Sequence record: DRR378314_578
Direction: 5' to 3' (one strand)
Length of the DNA stretch: 64,000 bases
Shown here: piece after piece, positions 47,446-59,000 of the stretch
Layout of the letters: each line of letters opens with the position of its first letter
Position numbering within the stretch: the stretch's first letter is position 1
The notes under the pieces: generated by a model
What the model was told of the DNA's origin: nothing
Databases searched by the model: none
Seen by the model: the letters and a program-made list of their open reading frames with translations, nothing else
Position numbers and translations under genes: made by a program

Positions 47446-48432
47446 TTATTGATTTTCTTTTTGTTGAATAGAATCCAGCTGCTCGGCCGGGTCGTTCTCC
47501 GGAAGCGTATATTCCTTTTGCTTTTTGCCGAACACTGAAACATTTACATAGCGTTTTGGGTTGAGCCTAAAATCCTGTAACAAAAGGTCCAACTCCTTGG
47601 ATGCCTCGGCCAGATTGTCGTATAGGGCATCGTCTTGATGCAGTTTCCCCAAAGATCCCTCGCCCCTTTCAATCTTGGCCAATATGGCGTTCAATTTATT
47701 GATGGTAGTTTTGAACTCTGTTAATGTACCCCCTAAGTCCGAATTTACAAGCGAATCCGAAAGTTTTGAAAAGTTGGAGGTGATATGACTCACATTTTTT
47801 AAAGAGCTATCCAATTGCATTTTATTGTTGTCGAGCAAAAGGTTCAGATTATCGGCGCTGCCTTTAAAGGATGTTACCACTTGGTTCAATGAGGCTATGG
47901 TCTGTTGCAGTTGCTTTTTTGTGGGGTCGTCCAAAATCTGGTTGAAATTCATCAGTAAAGTATCGGCATGGGATACCGCTCCCTCAATCTTCATCTGGAG
48001 TGGGGTCAATTTTTGCTGTACCAATTCCGTTATTCCAGGTTTTATTTTGGATTGCAGTGTGTCTCCTGATTTAGCTATAGGAGCTTTATCAAAAACAGGG
48101 ACGATTTGAACAGCTTTTCCTCCAATGATACCGGTGTCAAAAAGTTCGGCTATACTATTTTCTGAAAACTCGAAATCATTGTTTACGGTTAAGGTAACAA
48201 GCAGTTTTCCTGAATCATCTTTGAAGCGGATATCGGTAATATTGCCCACATTGAATCCATTTATGGAAACCTGGGTTCCGGGCTGTAGCCCACCTACATT
48301 ATCGTAAACAGCGTAAAATGTCTTGTTGTTTTCAAAAAGAGGAGAGGATTTTAAGTAGCTAAGCCCAAAAATAAAGGCCACGATTCCAGCGACTACGATA
48401 ATCCCAGTTTTAATTTCCCTGGATAGTTTCAA
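47446..48432 (-). CDS. MlaD/MCE family protein
   Basis: N-terminal TM, GL..G..V.ING..VG MCE motif, helical tail and DFRLNPKRYV. Confidence 0.88.
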   Translation of the reverse strand: MKLSREIKTGIIVVAGIVAFIFGLSYLKSSPLFENNKTFYAVYDNVGGLQPGTQVSINGFNVGNITDIRFKDDSGKLLVTLTVNNDFEFSENSIAELFDTGIIGGKAVQIVPVFDKAPIAKSGDTLQSKIKPGITELVQQKLTPLQMKIEGAVSHADTLLMNFNQILDDPTKKQLQQTIASLNQVVTSFKGSADNLNLLLDNNKMQLDSSLKNVSHITSNFSKLSDSLVNSDLGGTLTEFKTTINKLNAILAKIERGEGSLGKLHQDDALYDNLAEASKELDLLLQDFRLNPKRYVNVSVFGKKQKEYTLPENDPAEQLDSIQQKENQ

Positions 48433-48498
48433 AAGATTCGGTTTATGGTTTTAACAAATTTAGGAATAATTATAACAAGAGTGCTTTTGGAAATGAAT

Positions 48499-49692
48499 CT
48501 ACTTCAATGCATCCGTTATCGGTACCCTGACCCCATCTTTGTACGCCACGATGTATGATGTGGTATAGCCCTGGGCATCTGCATCTTTTTTTAACTGCTT
48601 TGCCGCTTCAAAGGTATCGGCATTGCCGTACATATAACGAAACATGTTCTTGTACGGCTCTTTGGACAACTCATTTAAACCATTAAAGTTGCTTCCATTC
48701 AATGGAATGTTTTTTCCACTGGCCATTAATTGTACTTTAAAGACTACTCCGTTGCTCTCTGCTTTCTTTTCTTCCGCGACCTGAACTTCCTCTTGTTTCA
48801 CGGGCTGCTCGTCCTTTATAGGCTCGTCCACTTTAGTGGTCTCGGCCGGCACATTAACCGCTGCTTCGGTCTCTTCAATCTTAGCGGTTTCGGCAACTGG
48901 CTGAGCTATGGCAAAGCCCATATCCTCTTTATAGGCCAGTACTGCATTGGCAATGGCCTTTCCCATTTCGTCCTGTCCTTTTTTGGAGTTCAGGTAGCTT
49001 CCTTCGTTCTTATTGGTCAAAAAGCCTGCTTCTACTAAAACGCTGGGCATAAAGGTTTGGTGCAGTACAATAAAACCCGCTTGTTTCACTTTTCTATCCT
49101 TTCGTTTGAGCTCTTTTGTAAAATTATCTTGCAGTTTTTTGCCCAATTGTATGCTTTGATCCAAAAACTCTTCTTGCATAATGGTTAGTCCGATTACCGA
49201 TTCAGGAGAGTTAATATCGTACTCCGCATATCGCTGCTCGTAGTCATCTTCCAAATAGATTACGGAGTTTTCCTTTTTGGCTACCTCAAAATTTTGACGA
49301 TTGGCGTGCAATCCCAGTACATAGGTTTCTGTTCCGTAGGCATCGGAATTGTGCGCATTGCAATGCACCGATACAAAAAGGTCGGCATTGGCCTGATTGG
49401 CGATCTCTCCTCGTTGGAACAGATCTACAAAAGTGTCATCGCTTCGCGTGTAGACCACTTCGATATCCGGATGTTTTTCTAGTTCCTTGCCTACTTTTAA
49501 TACAATGGCCAAGGCAATTTTCTTTTCCAAATACCCATTTCCAATATTCCCTGGGTCGTGCCCGCCGTGACCTGCATCCAAAACGACGACAAATTTATCT
49601 TTCGATTGAACCTCGGTATCATTTTTGTTGAAAGAGGCCAAAGGGAGGACCAGTAGTAGAAAAACTAAAAATGTTAACCGACTTTTATTCAT
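48499..49692 (-). CDS. N-acetylmuramoyl-L-alanine amidase (Amidase_3) with C-terminal SPOR-like region
   Basis: LDAGHGGHDPG, SVHCN and PSVLVEAGFLTN. Probable ATG at 49692. Confidence 0.92.
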   Translation of the reverse strand: MNKSRLTFLVFLLLVLPLASFNKNDTEVQSKDKFVVVLDAGHGGHDPGNIGNGYLEKKIALAIVLKVGKELEKHPDIEVVYTRSDDTFVDLFQRGEIANQANADLFVSVHCNAHNSDAYGTETYVLGLHANRQNFEVAKKENSVIYLEDDYEQRYAEYDINSPESVIGLTIMQEEFLDQSIQLGKKLQDNFTKELKRKDRKVKQAGFIVLHQTFMPSVLVEAGFLTNKNEGSYLNSKKGQDEMGKAIANAVLAYKEDMGFAIAQPVAETAKIEETEAAVNVPAETTKVDEPIKDEQPVKQEEVQVAEEKKAESNGVVFKVQLMASGKNIPLNGSNFNGLNELSKEPYKNMFRYMYGNADTFEAAKQLKKDADAQGYTTSYIVAYKDGVRVPITDALK

Positions 49693-49768
49693 AAGAACTG
49701 AGTAATTATAGCGTTCCGTAATGGTTAAAAATATTGTAATCCCCAATTAGTAGAACAAAAAATATATG

Positions 49769-49776
49769 TAAGTTTG
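49769..49776 (+). promoter_or_regulatory. -7 promoter element for the lptD-like gene
   Basis: TAAGTTTG matches TAnnTTTG in the divergent amidase/lptD spacer. Confidence 0.55.
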
Positions 49777-49820
49777 ACCCCTAAACTGGGCCGACTAGCA
49801 CAAAAATAGGATTTATCACG

Positions 49821-52508
49821 TTGCAACCAAATAAACATCTTTTACTTTTCCTATTTGTTCTTCTTTGTGGCATCGCTACCTTAAGTGCTCAGGAAGACCC
49901 TATTACCCCCTTGCCCATCAAGGCCGTAAAGGATACCATTTTTGCGCCTTTGATGCCACCAAACATTTTAAACGACTCCATCAAGGTCGATTCCGCAAGC
50001 ACAGATACCGTGCCAAAAAAGCAGCCTTTGTTGTTGGACAAAATCAAATATAAAGCAAAGGACTATGTGAAACTCAGCCAAAAGGACAATAAAATTTATC
50101 TGTACGACGAGGCGGAAATCTATTACCAGGATACCGAACTCAGGGCTGGCGTGATCATTATGGATTATGTTAAAAATGAGGTGTACGCCGGACGGATGAA
50201 GGACTCCCTGGGAAATTACTCGCAGCTGCCCTTTTTTAAACAAGGGGACAACGAGGTGCGTCCTGATTCCATTCGCTTTAATTTTGATACCCAAAAAGCC
50301 CTAATCTGGAATTCAAGGACCGAACAGCAAGCCGGTTTGGGGCAATTGGGAAGCGATGCCATGAAGGTATATGCCCAACGGACCAAAAAAGAGAACGACT
50401 CGGTCTATTTTTTGAACGAGGGGAAACTCACTACCTCTAGCGATACTGTGAACCCCGATTATTACATTAGGGTTCGAAAAGCCAAATTTGTGCCTAAAAA
50501 GAAAATTATTGCAGGGTACAGCAATATGTACATTATGGACGTTCCCACACCGATCGCACTGCCCTTTGCCTATTTCCCCCTAACTACGGGAAGGGTCGCG
50601 GGGATATTGTTCCCTACCTTTGGTAACGATCCAAGGCGAGGTTACTTTATTCAAAATGGAGGGTATTATTTGCCCATAAGTGATTATGTGGATTTGAGTG
50701 TCACAGGAGACTATTATACGAACGGTAGTTATGGTCTGCAGGGAAGGTCCATTTACAGCAAACGCTACAAGTTCAATGGAAATGTCAATATTAGTTATGA
50801 AAATCTGGTGACCAGTCAAAAAGGTTTTGATGATTACAGTAGAACCAGCAACTATAATATTAGAATATCGCATTCGCAAGATACCAAGGCAAGTCCCAAT
50901 TCGCGATTTTCAGCATCGGTGAACCTGGGGTCCAGTCAATATTACACCAACTCCCTGAACCAGGTCAACAGGAACAATTCACAGACCAACACCTTTGCCT
51001 CGTCCATAAGTTACTCCAAAACGTTTCCGGCTTACCCTTCGGTAAACACGAGTTTAACAGTGAGCCATACCCAAAACTCAAGAACGCAACAAATCAATAT
51101 GTCGCTCCCGACCTTTCAGGCCAGTATGGAACGTATTTACCCTTTTGTAAAGCGGGACGAAATAAAAAAGGGCGTTTTTGAGAACATCAATTTTCAATAT
51201 GATGTAAATGCCCAGAACAGCATAACCACTACGGAGGAAAACTTCTTTAAAAGCGGTATGTTCGATGATGCTCGGATTGGTGCGCGACATAGAATACCTA
51301 TTGCCACCAACTTTAAATTGGCCAAGTACCTGAGTGTGAGTTTAAGCGGGAACTACGAAGATATTTGGACCATGGAAACCATTAGGCGAGAGTATAATGA
51401 GGAAACCGAAGAAGTAGTCACCGATACCATTGCAGGATTCGACCGTTTTAACCGATACAGTCTCGGAACCAGCATCGGTACCACCATGTACGGTACCTGG
51501 AATTTTGGGGAAGACAAAAAAATTCAGGCGCTCCGACATGTCATGCGTCCATCCATTAGTTATGGATACACCCCTTCCTTTGAGCAGTTTTATGATTCCT
51601 ACACCAATCAAGATGGCGAACAGGTGGAATATACACCTTACGAAACAAGTATTTATGGCAGGCCCTCCTTGAACAAGGGAAGTTCATTGAGTTTCTCCTT
51701 GCAAAACTCCTTGGAAGCCAAAGTTCGGGACAAAGATTCCACCGCGACCGAACCCAGAAAGGTGAAGATTTTGAGTAACCTCACCTTCAATGCGAGTTAC
51801 AATCTTGAAGCGGATTCGCTAAAGCTCAGCCCCATTAGTATGAGCGGCGCCACCGAAATCATCAAGAATGTCCCGATAAATTTCGCAGCTACCTTTGATC
51901 CCTATGCCATAGACAACAACGGGCGAAGAATAAACACCCTGAACATTAACAATGGTGGGGGTATTGCGCGTTTGACAACGGCAAGGGTAAACACCAGTTT
52001 TTCCCTGAACAGTGAAATGTTCCAAAAGGGCGGCGCCAAAGAAGAGAGCGATGAAAAAAAGCAAAGGGATTTTAGTGACAACCCATTTGCCATGGACGAT
52101 GTGAGGGGGGAACGATCTGATTTTGCTAGGGGAAACAGCCGGGGAAACAACAGCAAGGGAAATGAAGAACAGCCGATATACAACAATAAGTTACCGTGGG
52201 ATGCCCGGTTTACCTATGTTGCCTCCTACAACAACAACAATCGACAGAGTGAAATCACCAATCACTCTTTAATGTTCTCCGGAAACATACAGCTTACGCC
52301 CAAATGGGATATTGGTTTCAATTCGGGCTACGATTTTAAGAACAAAGGATTTACGGATACCCGTTTTGCCTTTAAACGTGATTTGGGAAGCTTTAGGCTG
52401 AGTTTTGATTGGACCCCTTTTGGACGATTTGAGCGCTGGTACTTCTTTATTGGTATAAAGAGCTCCCTGTTACAGGACCTTAAATGGGAAAACAGGAGTC
52501 AGCGCTAA
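49821..52508 (+). CDS. lptD: Putative LPS-assembly protein LptD (Bacteroidota type)
   Basis: 895 aa with a signal peptide, an N-terminal jelly-roll-like region, P.P..LPF.YFP and a large beta-barrel. Divergent from the amidase gene. Confidence 0.75.
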   Translation: MQPNKHLLLFLFVLLCGIATLSAQEDPITPLPIKAVKDTIFAPLMPPNILNDSIKVDSASTDTVPKKQPLLLDKIKYKAKDYVKLSQKDNKIYLYDEAEIYYQDTELRAGVIIMDYVKNEVYAGRMKDSLGNYSQLPFFKQGDNEVRPDSIRFNFDTQKALIWNSRTEQQAGLGQLGSDAMKVYAQRTKKENDSVYFLNEGKLTTSSDTVNPDYYIRVRKAKFVPKKKIIAGYSNMYIMDVPTPIALPFAYFPLTTGRVAGILFPTFGNDPRRGYFIQNGGYYLPISDYVDLSVTGDYYTNGSYGLQGRSIYSKRYKFNGNVNISYENLVTSQKGFDDYSRTSNYNIRISHSQDTKASPNSRFSASVNLGSSQYYTNSLNQVNRNNSQTNTFASSISYSKTFPAYPSVNTSLTVSHTQNSRTQQINMSLPTFQASMERIYPFVKRDEIKKGVFENINFQYDVNAQNSITTTEENFFKSGMFDDARIGARHRIPIATNFKLAKYLSVSLSGNYEDIWTMETIRREYNEETEEVVTDTIAGFDRFNRYSLGTSIGTTMYGTWNFGEDKKIQALRHVMRPSISYGYTPSFEQFYDSYTNQDGEQVEYTPYETSIYGRPSLNKGSSLSFSLQNSLEAKVRDKDSTATEPRKVKILSNLTFNASYNLEADSLKLSPISMSGATEIIKNVPINFAATFDPYAIDNNGRRINTLNINNGGGIARLTTARVNTSFSLNSEMFQKGGAKEESDEKKQRDFSDNPFAMDDVRGERSDFARGNSRGNNSKGNEEQPIYNNKLPWDARFTYVASYNNNNRQSEITNHSLMFSGNIQLTPKWDIGFNSGYDFKNKGFTDTRFAFKRDLGSFRLSFDWTPFGRFERWYFFIGIKSSLLQDLKWENRSQR

Positions 52509-52553
52509 TTGCTATTGCTTTATTCTTTACCTTAACCCTTCAAAAACAATCAG

Positions 52554-52934
52554 ATGAAAAAAATAATAAACACTCCAAAAGCACCGGCTCCGATAGGCCC
52601 TTACAATCAAGCTGTACTTATAAAAGATACCCTGTACATCTCCGGGCAGATTCCAATTGACCCAGCTACGGGAGCATTGGTCGAAGGCGATATAAAAGCC
52701 GAGACCAAACAATCCATGGAGAACTTAAAGGCTATTCTTGAAGAAGTGGGGTTGACTTTTGAACACGTTATAAAATCCTCCATATTTATCAAGGATATGA
52801 ATCAGTTTGCTCAAATAAATGAGGTGTACGGCACTTATTTTGATGCCGATACCGCACCGGCAAGAGAAACTGTGGAAGTTGCCAATCTGCCCAAGTTTGT
52901 GAATGTGGAAATATCTATGATTGCTGTTAAATAG
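52554..52934 (+). CDS. ridA: RidA/YjgF family enamine/imine deaminase
   Basis: APAPIGPYNQA, SGQIP, N.VY..YF and PARE.V.V..LP...VEI. Confidence 0.92.
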   Translation: MKKIINTPKAPAPIGPYNQAVLIKDTLYISGQIPIDPATGALVEGDIKAETKQSMENLKAILEEVGLTFEHVIKSSIFIKDMNQFAQINEVYGTYFDADTAPARETVEVANLPKFVNVEISMIAVK

Positions 52935-53778
52935 TCCCTCGGTGGAATTCCACGAGGCCTTCTATGGGTCTACGACGGATAACGCCCAAAATTAAATCGT
53001 TGCGTTCCAAACAAGCGGTAAGTTCATCTTGTAAAAAGTGTGCTATGCTACCCACAAAACTAATGGGCACTTTGGTTGCGAGCTCATACTGCATAATGTA
53101 ATTGTTCACGAACTGCTGTAGCCCTTTTTCAATTACTCCTTTGCAATACGGATGCTCCTTGTTCTCGATAATAAAACGGGCAAAGGTCGCCAAATAGGTA
53201 TTTGGATTGGGTTGCTTGTACAAATGGTCTTTTATGACATCGGCATCAAGGTCAAACTCCTTGGCAAACTTTATCCCAAGATCTTGGGGCATTTTATGAA
53301 AATAATAATCACGGACCAGTTTTCTTCCGAAGAAGTTCCCGCTTCCATCATCCATTAGAATATAACCCAAAGAGGTCACTTTTTGGATCAGTTGATGCCC
53401 ATCGTAATAACTACAGTTAGATCCTGTGCCCAAAATGCACACAATGCCCTGCTTGCCTATTTTAGTGGTCGAGTAGATTGCGGCATAGGTGTCTTCCCGT
53501 ACCTCAGCTTTGGCATTGGGAAAGAAATCCTTGAAAATGCCTTTTAAAAAAGTCTTCATTCTATCGGTTCCGCAACCGGCTCCGTAAAAATACAATTGAC
53601 GTACTTGTTCCTTGTTCTTGGAAAGTTCAAAGTTATTGGCCAATCGGTCCTCTATAACTTCTTTGGTCAACACTTCGGGGCTAAGTCCCAAAGTTTGGGT
53701 CACAAATAATTGTTCCCCTTTTTCATCCAGGGCAATCCAATCGGATTTAGTGGCACCACTATCCACGATCAAAACCAT
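52927..53778 (-). CDS. BadF/BcrAD-family sugar kinase (GlcNAc/MurNAc kinase-like)
   Basis: DSGATKSDW, FYGAGC, ILGTGSN, LGYILMDDGSG and FVGSIA. Confidence 0.82.
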   Translation of the reverse strand: MVLIVDSGATKSDWIALDEKGEQLFVTQTLGLSPEVLTKEVIEDRLANNFELSKNKEQVRQLYFYGAGCGTDRMKTFLKGIFKDFFPNAKAEVREDTYAAIYSTTKIGKQGIVCILGTGSNCSYYDGHQLIQKVTSLGYILMDDGSGNFFGRKLVRDYYFHKMPQDLGIKFAKEFDLDADVIKDHLYKQPNPNTYLATFARFIIENKEHPYCKGVIEKGLQQFVNNYIMQYELATKVPISFVGSIAHFLQDELTACLERNDLILGVIRRRPIEGLVEFHRGTI

Positions 53779-53799
53779 ACGTCGAGATTTTATATTGAA

Positions 53800-53830
53800 A
53801 TCCTGAAGAGCGGAATCCGCCCTTCAGGAT
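53800..53830 (-). terminator. Stem-loop downstream of gap (terminator or stabiliser)
   Basis: 14-bp inverted repeat atcctgaag(a/g)gcgg with a 3-nt loop. The mismatch becomes G-U on the minus strand. Confidence 0.7.
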
Positions 53831-53851
53831 AAAAAATTTATGAGATAAAGA

Positions 53852-55862
<2,011 letters not shown>

Positions 55863-55879
55863 TCAAATTTTTAAGAGGT

Positions 55880-55957
55880 CAAAGCTAGGAAACTTTATTC
55901 AAATTTTGAATATCTTAATAATATATTTGAATTGAAGCATTTTCTCAAACGTTTTCG
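55880..55957 (-). promoter_or_regulatory. pfkA-gap promoter region with -7 element and two palindromes
   Basis: TAGCTTTG (reverse of 55880-55887), perfect palindrome tattcaaa-t-tttgaata at 55896-55912, and LacI-like ctcaaacgttttcg at 55944-55957. Confidence 0.5.
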
Positions 55958-56005
55958 TAATAAATTAATACAAAAACACCTAAAAATATAAATCAAATAT
56001 GCTAC

Positions 56006-59000
56006 TTAGGGCAAATTGATGGGCTTTTGTGAAAAACGTATCAAACTATCCTTCCCCATTACCTGAACCGGTTGTTTCCGCGGGGATGGTTTTTGCTCTT
56101 CTTCGGGATTCTCTTTTTTATTGAAGACTTTTCGCATCAACTCTCTAAAACTATCAAAATCCACTTGGTACGATAGACCAACCCCTTGGGTATAGCCCTG
56201 CCTTTCCACCAAAAACTGCTGTATCTGGTTTTCACGGTTAAATATTTTCGCGCTCAAGGTCCCTTCATCATTCAATAATACCTGAACCTCAACGTCCCCG
56301 GCCACAACAGTTTCCGATACACCACCGACGGGAACCCCTACCCTTCCGTTTACCAAAATACGGTCAGATAGCTGGGTGGACACGGTAACGCCTATCCTGT
56401 CTTCTGTGGCGATGTCCGTATTGGGGTCATTATACCCCTGCTCGTAGGATACCCCAAAATTAAGTTTGTCGTTATTGCCCGAGAGAATTTGATTGAAAAG
56501 TCCCGAAGCGGTTTGAATTAGATTTCCCGTAACGGCCTGTTGGTTGATTCCTCCCGATTGCGGATCAACAAAGGTGCCCTGTGCCAGTAAGAAAAAGGCA
56601 TTTCTTTCCTTAATGGTGGGGTCTTGCAAACGATACTCCAATTCCGACTGCACCACGGAATTTGTCCCGGGGAAATCGATGCCAAAGTTGATGTTGGGAC
56701 TTTCCAGCTCTCCATCCAAGCGGACCACGACCTCTGTCGGTATTCTGCCCGTATATCCTGCGTTGTCCAAAAGTGGGGCCGGGTTGGCATTTAGGGAATA
56801 TACGGCTTCCAGGTTCAATTGGGCGGCCAAGGGGTCGCGTTCCCATAAAATTGTTCCTCCAGGGCGTACTTTGAACTTCTTATCAATTACACCGCCGTAT
56901 TTAAAGTTATATTCTCCGGAAACCACAACAAAATCGCCGTACATATTAAACTTACCATTAGTGTTGATCTCGATCAACAAAATACCTTCTCCGGTTCCCT
57001 TTAATGAACTTCCCGTACTTTGGTCCACCACAATTTCCACTTCTGCATCGGGTGTAACAGCAAGGTCAAATGCCATTTCCAAACCTTGGTACTCGTCCAA
57101 AACGCGCTCTTCCTCAAAAGTTCCTGATTCGCCCTTTTCCACGAAATTGATGAACGAATAATCCCCAACGCTTGTTACATCGCTCAAAGGTATTTTAAGC
57201 GAAGAACCTGCTCCTGTGGTCGCATCTACCGAAATGGTCATTGCATCAATGGGGCCATAGATACTTCCGGTACCGTTGATGAACCCCGTTCCGTAATACA
57301 ACGATTCTTCATCGTACTCGGTATTCAAAATCATAAAACGGTTGTTTTGGGTATCCACATCCAGCCCTAAATACCAATCGTCAAAACCGGTATGGCTTAT
57401 AGTTCCGTCCAAAATGGCAGTGGTGCCCTCTTCCACATCCGAGAGTTCCATATTCTCAAAATAAAAAGTCTGGTCAAAAAGCCGGATTTGTGAACGGGGG
57501 GCAAAATCATAATCCACATTAAGGTATGGAATGCCCAAACCTGCATTATTAAGTGTGAGCAAACCGTTGATTGAAGGATTTTCAACATTACCGGTTATGG
57601 TTGCATCTCCGCTGACCACCCCCCTTATGTTGGAAATGATATCCTGGCCTAAGGGTTTGAAAGGATCTAGCATAAAGTCGGAAAAGTGCGCCTGAAGATC
57701 CAGTTCTCGCTTGTTATCCCTATTCAATACCCTGCCATTTAAGCTCATACGTTCCTTACCATCATCGTTCAGCCAAGTACTGACCCCAAATTCGGTAAGG
57801 TCGTTGTTTCCATAAATTCCAACTTCCAAATCCCCCATGCGCATGTCATTGATGCTAAAGTTTTGGATGTTTAAACTGGATGTGGGCAGATAGTTACCAT
57901 CTTTTTGTAAAATGTTGAGAAAACCCTCCACCTTACCGTTCATTTTTAAACTGTCTATGGCGGGGGTTATTTTTTCGAGCGATACCAGTTTAAATTGAAG
58001 ATCGATATCCTTATAGGTCGAATCGGCAAACTCCCCTCGTAATCTGATCTGTTCTTCGTTGTTGTTATCCATGACCACATCCTCTATACGGATACTATCC
58101 AAGGTACTGTTGAAAATTACCTTGTTCTTGTTGTTCCCGTTCTTATTGAGCACCCAAGTGTTCCCCTTAAAACTGACATCTGATTTTTTAAGCCCTATCA
58201 CCGACCTGTTGTTTTCGTTAAAGGTGTGGTAAAAATTCAGGTTGTAGCTATCGTTGTACTCACTGCCGCCTTTAAACTCCGTTCTAAAGAAAAGAGTATC
58301 CTTTATGGTGGTGTTGATGAGACTGAAATCCTTAATATCGTAATACACCGTGGACATATCATCAACAGAAACGAAGGTGTTGAACAACGGATTCTTATTA
58401 TCGATTTTCAACTCAATATTGTCAAAGATATTTCCATAGGCCTCAATGCTCGGTGATTTAAACGTGAGCTTAAAATCGCTTTGGTCCGCCTCAATGGACC
58501 CTCTGATGTAGGTGTTTGGATCAAAAGCGATTTCGGGCACAAATACATCTACGATCTTATTGTAGATTTTAAAATTAAAGTCCAAATACTGCCCGTCAGA
58601 AACTTTAAAGGGTTGATAATTGGTATAGATACTACCAATGGAATTCTGCAGCAATCTACCCAGTTCGCCCACCTTAAAATGCCCCCTCATATATCCCGTG
58701 ATGATATCGGGAGAGTTGATTTCCACGGTACGGATGGTATCGCGTTCAAAAGAGGAGGTTACACTAAAATCCTCAAAATAATAGGTATCGTTTATGTTTT
58801 GGTAGGTGGTGTTTGTAAACTGCAACTGACCGGCCATATCGTCAAGGTTATTGCCTTCGATATCCATATCCACGTGCCCCCTAAAAATGGCAATACTATC
58901 ATTGATAAAGTTTAACTTCTTTAGGTCGGCATAATCCACAGCCGCCACAAAATTGAACTTGTTCTGCCGCGCTCCAAAATTTGCCAGCCCTTGAAAATCG

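Noticed and set aside
56544-57161. 205-aa ORF antisense to tamB, and the many other 60-160 aa overlapping ORFs in the track
   Set aside because: They are antisense or out-of-frame shadows of well-supported genes, with non-protein-like composition.
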